Origin: an uncultured Arenicella sp.
GTDB lineage: Bacteria; Pseudomonadota; Gammaproteobacteria; Arenicellales; Arenicellaceae
Direction of reading: 5' to 3'
DNA: 64,000 nt
Assembly: GCA_905479805.1 (NCBI GenBank)
Contig: CAJQNY010000079.1
Coordinates: 6,915-70,914 of the forward strand
Shown here one piece after another: positions 59,322 to 64,000 of this stretch. The stretch's first letter is position 1. Every line of letters starts with the position of its first letter. The translations under genes and the position numbers were made by a program. The notes under the pieces were generated by a model, which made no database searches, had not been told where the DNA came from, and was given only the letters and a program-made list of their open reading frames with translations.

Positions 59322-60341
59322 TTAAACCTCTTGCGTCGCATTTATATACGCTTGCATGGCTTCCAGTGCCCGGCCTGAATCAATCGATTTGGCCGCGGCT
59401 ACCACCCCTTCAGCCAAGCTGTTCGCTAGACCGGATACATACACACCCGCACCTGCATTGAGAAGCACAATGTCGCGCGGCGCCCCCGCTTCCCCGCGTA
59501 AAACACGTTGTATTGTGGCTAAAGATGCACTGGAATTGTCTACCACTAACTCACTTATATCTGCCGTCTTCAATCCAAAATCTTCGGGACATATGGAATA
59601 GGCACTCACTTGCCCATTTCTCATTTCACTAACCGTTGTTGGCGCACAAATACTTATTTCATCCATACCATCTTCTGAGTGAACAATTAGGCTGTGTATA
59701 CTTCCTAATTGGGCGAAGACCTTAGCCATTACTGGTGTAAGTTCTTCTGCGAATACTCCAACCACTTGACGCTTAACCTTAGCTGGATTAGTTAGCGGTC
59801 CTAACACATTGAAAATTGTCCTCACGGCCATTTCTTTGCGCGCTGTAATTGCATGCTTCATTGCGCTGTGGTGCATCGGCGCAAACATAAAACCGATCCC
59901 CGCTTGCTCTATTACCTTTGTCACCTGTTGCGCATTCAAATTTAAGCAAGCCCCGGCTTCTTCGAGCAAGTCCGCACTGCCTGATTTACTCGAAACCGAT
60001 CGGTTGCCATGTTTTGCTACTTTCGCACCCGCTCCTGCTGCCACAAAAGACGCCGCAGTTGAAACATTGAATGTACTGGTCCCATCACCACCCGTACCAA
60101 CGATGTCTATTAGATTATCACTGTCGATATTAACCGCATCAGCCAGAGAAGCCATTACTGAGGCAGCAGCCGAGATCTCATCTACCGACTCCCCTTTCAT
60201 TCTTAGACCAATCAAAAATCCACCTATTTGTGCATCACTACATTCGCCCGTCATAATCTGCTGCATGACTGCGCGCATTTCTTCGGTGCTTAAATCTTTA
60301 TGTTGCGAAACCTTGTTGATTGCGTATTGAATATTAATCAT
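59322..60341 (-). CDS. trpD: Anthranilate phosphoribosyltransferase
   Basis: DIVGTGGDG, FNVST, KHGNRSVSSKSGSAD, RTIFNVLGPLTNP. Confidence 0.97.
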   Translation of the reverse strand: MINIQYAINKVSQHKDLSTEEMRAVMQQIMTGECSDAQIGGFLIGLRMKGESVDEISAAASVMASLADAVNIDSDNLIDIVGTGGDGTSTFNVSTAASFVAAGAGAKVAKHGNRSVSSKSGSADLLEEAGACLNLNAQQVTKVIEQAGIGFMFAPMHHSAMKHAITARKEMAVRTIFNVLGPLTNPAKVKRQVVGVFAEELTPVMAKVFAQLGSIHSLIVHSEDGMDEISICAPTTVSEMRNGQVSAYSICPEDFGLKTADISELVVDNSSASLATIQRVLRGEAGAPRDIVLLNAGAGVYVSGLANSLAEGVVAAAKSIDSGRALEAMQAYINATQEV

Positions 60342-60355
60342 AAAATTGTTTATCG

Positions 60356-60919
60356 TTATAGCTCTAGAAAGTTCTGAAGTAATTTATGTCCATACTCGGT
60401 AAGGATTGACTCTGGATGAAATTGCACGCCTTCAACCGCTAACTCTTTATGCCGAAGGCCCATAATCTCTCCATCGTCTGTCCAGGCCGTTATTTCTAAA
60501 CAATCGGGCAAGGATTCACGGTCAACCACTAATGAGTGATAACGAGTTACCGTAAACGGATTTTCTATTCCACTAAACACTCCTTTATCAGTATGTTGAA
60601 CCGGCGACGTTTTTCCGTGCATGATTTGCTTCGCATGTACTACTTTGCCGCCATAGGCTTGGCCAATACTCTGATGTCCCAAACAAACGCCCATGAGTGG
60701 CAACTCACCTGCAAAGTGCTTAATCACGGCCAGCGAAATACCTGCTTCGTTAGGAGTGCACGGCCCAGGCGATAGCATTATCTTATCGGGCTTCATTCCC
60801 TCAATCTCTTCTATGGAGATTTCATCATTCCTAAATGTCTTTACTTCCTCACCTAATTCACCCAAATACTGGACCAAGTTATAAGTGAAAGAATCATAAT
60901 TATCGATCATTACTAACAT
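60356..60919 (-). CDS. trpG: Anthranilate synthase component II (glutamine amidotransferase)
   Basis: [35 protein letters not shown]. Confidence 0.96.
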   Translation of the reverse strand: MLVMIDNYDSFTYNLVQYLGELGEEVKTFRNDEISIEEIEGMKPDKIMLSPGPCTPNEAGISLAVIKHFAGELPLMGVCLGHQSIGQAYGGKVVHAKQIMHGKTSPVQHTDKGVFSGIENPFTVTRYHSLVVDRESLPDCLEITAWTDDGEIMGLRHKELAVEGVQFHPESILTEYGHKLLQNFLEL

Positions 60920-60928
60920 AACTTTATC

Positions 60929-62515
60929 CTATCTATTTAGACTTGCATGGGGGCCTGTCGATTCTACTTCCAAACCGTTGGACGCCATTTCAACCGCAGT
61001 AAACATCGCTCGAGCCTTGCTCAAAGTTTCTTGCCATTCATATTCTGGGACCGAATCGGCCACAATGCCAGCACCTGCTTGGATATGTAATAAGCCGTCT
61101 TTGATAACCGCCGTTCGAATTGCGATTGCCGTATCCATATTTCCGTTCCAACCAAGGTACCCCACCGCGCCTGAGTAGATTCCTCGCCTTAAAGGTTCTA
61201 ATTCAGAAATTATCTCCATTGCCCGAATTTTCGGAGCACCACTGACAGTCCCTGCTGGAAACGTCGCTTTCAAGACATCAATGGCGTCACACCCGGGGAC
61301 AATTCTTCCCTCGACATTGGAAACAATATGCATGACATGTGAATATCGTTCCACATTCATTTTCTCGGTAAGTTCAACAGTTCCGATCTCAGCAATACGA
61401 CCCACATCATTGCGCCCAAGATCAATGAGCATCAGATGTTCCGCTAACTCTTTATCATCAGCCAATAGCTCCTGCTCAAGAGCTTGGTCTTCTTCAAATG
61501 TTTGCCCTCGCTTTCGAGTCCCTGCGATCGGTCGTACAGTCACCGTCTCATCTTGTAGCCTAACCAGTATTTCAGGTGATGAACCAACAATATCAAAATC
61601 ACCTAGATTCAGAAAATACATATACGGTGATGGATTAATAGTTCTCAAAGCTCGATAAACATCTACGGAGCGACCGGTAAATTCAGTTGAGAGGCGTTGT
61701 GACAACACTACCTGCATGATGTCTCCATCGCGAATATATTGCTTACACTTTTCTACTGCCTTCTCAAAATCCTGTTGCTTGAAGTGTCCTGAGTAATTTT
61801 CAGCCTCGTTTGCGCCTCGATACGATGTGCTGCGAGCCTCATTGGACAAAGTTGTTGAAGCCAGACGCTGTATATTTTCTTGCAAACGGTTTTGTGCAGC
61901 TTCATAGGTAGCCACCTGTAGAGACTCAGAATCACTTATTTGCGCTAGAGTAACCATGAATATTCGACCCAGTAAATTGTCGAAAACCAAGACATCCTCA
62001 GATGACATCAAAACAATATCGGGTGTCCCGATGGGATCTGGCTTGTCTTGCTTTGCAAGTCTAGGCTCTATGGCTGCGACAGTTTCGTAAGCAAAATACC
62101 CTACCAATCCACCAATCATTTCCGGTAAGCCGGGATACGTCGCAACTCGAATAGTCTTTTGCAACTCACGGACCTTTTCTAACGAATCCACAACCCTTTC
62201 TGACTTTATGGTCTCTCCCCTGACCTCCGTTTCCATCTGTTGGCCAGAGAAACGAAAGATAGTCGAACATGGCAGGCCAATAATCGAATAGCGACCCCAC
62301 TCATCACCACCCTGAACAGACTCAAACAGATAGGTGTAACTCTGATCTGCTAGTTTTAGATAGGTACTTACAGGCGTATCCAAATCGGCCAAAATTTCAC
62401 GTACCATCGGGACGTGCGAAAAGCCGTCTATTGATGCAGAATTTGAATATATTTTAAATTCAGATAGATCGCTGAACGGTGCGGAAGAAAGCGCGGAAAC
62501 TGGTTGGGTAGACAT
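60929..62515 (-). CDS. trpE: Anthranilate synthase component I
   Basis: DLDTPVS, LFESV.GG..WGRYS, NPSPYM, GSSPE, PIAGT, AEHLMLIDLGRND, PAGTVSGAPK. Confidence 0.97.
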   Translation of the reverse strand: MSTQPVSALSSAPFSDLSEFKIYSNSASIDGFSHVPMVREILADLDTPVSTYLKLADQSYTYLFESVQGGDEWGRYSIIGLPCSTIFRFSGQQMETEVRGETIKSERVVDSLEKVRELQKTIRVATYPGLPEMIGGLVGYFAYETVAAIEPRLAKQDKPDPIGTPDIVLMSSEDVLVFDNLLGRIFMVTLAQISDSESLQVATYEAAQNRLQENIQRLASTTLSNEARSTSYRGANEAENYSGHFKQQDFEKAVEKCKQYIRDGDIMQVVLSQRLSTEFTGRSVDVYRALRTINPSPYMYFLNLGDFDIVGSSPEILVRLQDETVTVRPIAGTRKRGQTFEEDQALEQELLADDKELAEHLMLIDLGRNDVGRIAEIGTVELTEKMNVERYSHVMHIVSNVEGRIVPGCDAIDVLKATFPAGTVSGAPKIRAMEIISELEPLRRGIYSGAVGYLGWNGNMDTAIAIRTAVIKDGLLHIQAGAGIVADSVPEYEWQETLSKARAMFTAVEMASNGLEVESTGPHASLNR

Positions 62516-62623
62516 AAACAATACTCACTAAACTTATTCAAACTAAGGCAGTCCATATTTTATGTTCTGCCAAGAACACGATAAGCATGAACAACGAGAA
62601 CTAAAGCCCGCACTCCTGCTTGA

Positions 62624-62680
62624 TTAACTGGGCCAACCTCGCCAACTACCAATGTGTGTATAAAGTATGAAATATTGCAT
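62624..62680 (-). CDS. trpL: Putative trp leader peptide MQYFILYTHIGSWRGWPS
   Basis: 18-codon ORF with two TGG codons (W-R-G-W) ending about 108 nt before the trpE ATG. Confidence 0.6.
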   Translation of the reverse strand: MQYFILYTHIGSWRGWPS

Positions 62681-62793
62681 ATTGAAAATATTACTGAAGA
62701 AATTTTAGACAACCTTCGGTGACGAGTAATGATCCCGCCTGAATTGATTAAGGTCAAGCATTAAATCGAGACTTGTATCATCACAACGCTCTA

Positions 62794-63405
62794 TTAACTG
62801 AGGTTGCGCCAGATCAAGCACTGATTATTCGCCGGCATCGCGGTATCTGAAACCAATTCATATCCAGCCTTATTTGCCAGTTCGTTGACATCTTCAAAAC
62901 TTCGTATTCCGCTAAAAGTGCCACGAGCACGTAAGTTTTGATCAAACGACTCGTTACTCGAACTGGTGAACTCACCACCATACTTAAATGGCCCATAGAC
63001 CACTAATGTTGCTGATGGGGCAGAGACTTGAGCTAAACCATCAAAGAATGCCTGCACCTCGCTCCAGCCCATTATATGAAAAGTATTTGCAGTATAGATC
63101 ACATCGAATTTGCGCGAATCCCTGAACCACACACGCTGTTTGACATCTAGCTCGGCCGGAGGTTCTACGTTTGCCAAGTCAGCATTAACAATCTGCGCGG
63201 CCACACCGGCTAAAAACACAGCTTGATCGCTGGTCTGCCATCGCAGGCTTGGGTATTGAGCGGCAAAGTATATTGCATGCTGTCCAGTCCCTGAACCCAC
63301 CTCTAACACCCACTGCGCTTCTTTTAAAACTGGGTGAATGACATCTAGGATCGCGTCCTTATTACGCTCACACGCTTCTGAGAATGGAATTGTAAGTGTG
63401 TTCAT
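62794..63405 (-). CDS. DUF938 SAM-dependent methyltransferase
   Basis: PFSEACERNK, VLEVGSGTGQH, WQTSD, ANTFHI, YGPF, FTS.SN..FD, MPANN. Confidence 0.9.
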   Translation of the reverse strand: MNTLTIPFSEACERNKDAILDVIHPVLKEAQWVLEVGSGTGQHAIYFAAQYPSLRWQTSDQAVFLAGVAAQIVNADLANVEPPAELDVKQRVWFRDSRKFDVIYTANTFHIMGWSEVQAFFDGLAQVSAPSATLVVYGPFKYGGEFTSSSNESFDQNLRARGTFSGIRSFEDVNELANKAGYELVSDTAMPANNQCLIWRNLS

Positions 63406-63448
63406 AGCGACTTCCTAGCTTTCACAAGCGATAGAGTCAACAAGCCTA

Positions 63449-64000
63449 CTAACTCACAGAAGATTCTATGTTAGCACGCATGGCCTGAATAACTTGAGAG
63501 TAGTTTTGCTCGCCAAATATAGCTGAACCAGCAACAAAAGTGTCAGCCCCTAAGGCGGCCAACTCACCTATATTATCAACCTTCACACCACCATCAACTT
63601 CCAGTCGAATATCTCGGCCACTCGCATCAATGAGATCACGCGCAGCAGAAATTTTGCGTTTCACGTGTGGGATAAAAGACTGGCCACCAAAGCCCGGGTT
63701 GACTGACATGAGTAATATCATATCTACTTTTTCTATCGCCCATTCTAATACTGAAAGTGGCGTTGACGGGTTAAAGACTAACCCAGATTGACAACCCACC
63801 TCTTTAATCAGCTGTAAACTACGATCAACATGCTTACTGGCTTCAGGGTGGAAAGTAATCATTGTGGCACCTGCCTCAGCGAAATCAGGGATAATCCTAT
63901 CAACCGGCTCGACCATAAGATGAACATCGATTGGGGCCTGAACCCCATGATCCCTGAGAGCCTTACAAATCATTGGACCAATGGTTAGATTTGGAACATA
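63449..64000 (-). CDS. rpe: Ribulose-phosphate 3-epimerase (5'-truncated by window edge)
   Basis: [38 protein letters not shown]. Confidence 0.97.
   Translation of the reverse strand, partial: YVPNLTIGPMICKALRDHGVQAPIDVHLMVEPVDRIIPDFAEAGATMITFHPEASKHVDRSLQLIKEVGCQSGLVFNPSTPLSVLEWAIEKVDMILLMSVNPGFGGQSFIPHVKRKISAARDLIDASGRDIRLEVDGGVKVDNIGELAALGADTFVAGSAIFGEQNYSQVIQAMRANIESSVS

Noticed and set aside
62744-62757. FNR/ANR-like site TTGAT-TAAG-GTCAA upstream of the trp leader
   Set aside because: One mismatch to consensus, coincides with a possible -35 (TTGACC), and there is no supporting rationale. It may be chance.
62560-62757. 65-aa ORF upstream of trpE
   Set aside because: TTG start, no recognisable family, and it overlaps the better-supported leader peptide in another frame.
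2777-63791. Numerous 60-170-aa antisense or nested ORFs in the ORF track (e.g. 59809-60330, 34713-35099, 18715-19107)
   Set aside because: They are shadows of well-supported genes on the opposite strand or in another frame and show no motifs.

Overview
Chromosomal window from a moderately AT-rich gammaproteobacterium. This is inferred from gene order and protein families; the genus cannot be fixed from sequence alone. Bases 1-17,800 are a variable region: the 3' end of uup, decayed IS6 remnants, MscS, M49 and M20 peptidases, an acyl-CoA synthetase, APC and NhaC transporters, an alkyltransferase-like protein, a FAN1-like nuclease/DnaQ fusion with a candidate LexA box, and a YceI pseudogene. 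The rest is mostly core genome: ybbP-ybbA/tesA, a dual-specificity phosphatase, hemE, pyrF, aroK, pilMNOPQ/mrcA, topA-smg-dprA-tsaP, def-fmt-rsmB-DUF4390-ntrYX-trkAH, lpxL, Tat-exported msrB, a TIGR04283/TIGR04282 glycosyltransferase pair, argG, argF, FMN-riboswitch-controlled ribH2, trpEGDC and rpe. The most notable observations are: (1) a stand-alone bacterial phosphatase resembling the eukaryotic glucan phosphatases SEX4/LSF2/laforin; (2) an apparently SOS-controlled VRR-NUC plus DEDDh double nuclease; (3) an unannotated Trp-containing leader peptide ahead of trpE with no classical terminator; (4) an enlarged FMN riboswitch with a start-codon-sequestering hairpin; (5) repeated short intergenic tandem duplications. 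No rRNA, tRNA, CRISPR array or prophage was seen. All family calls come from motif recognition without database searches.
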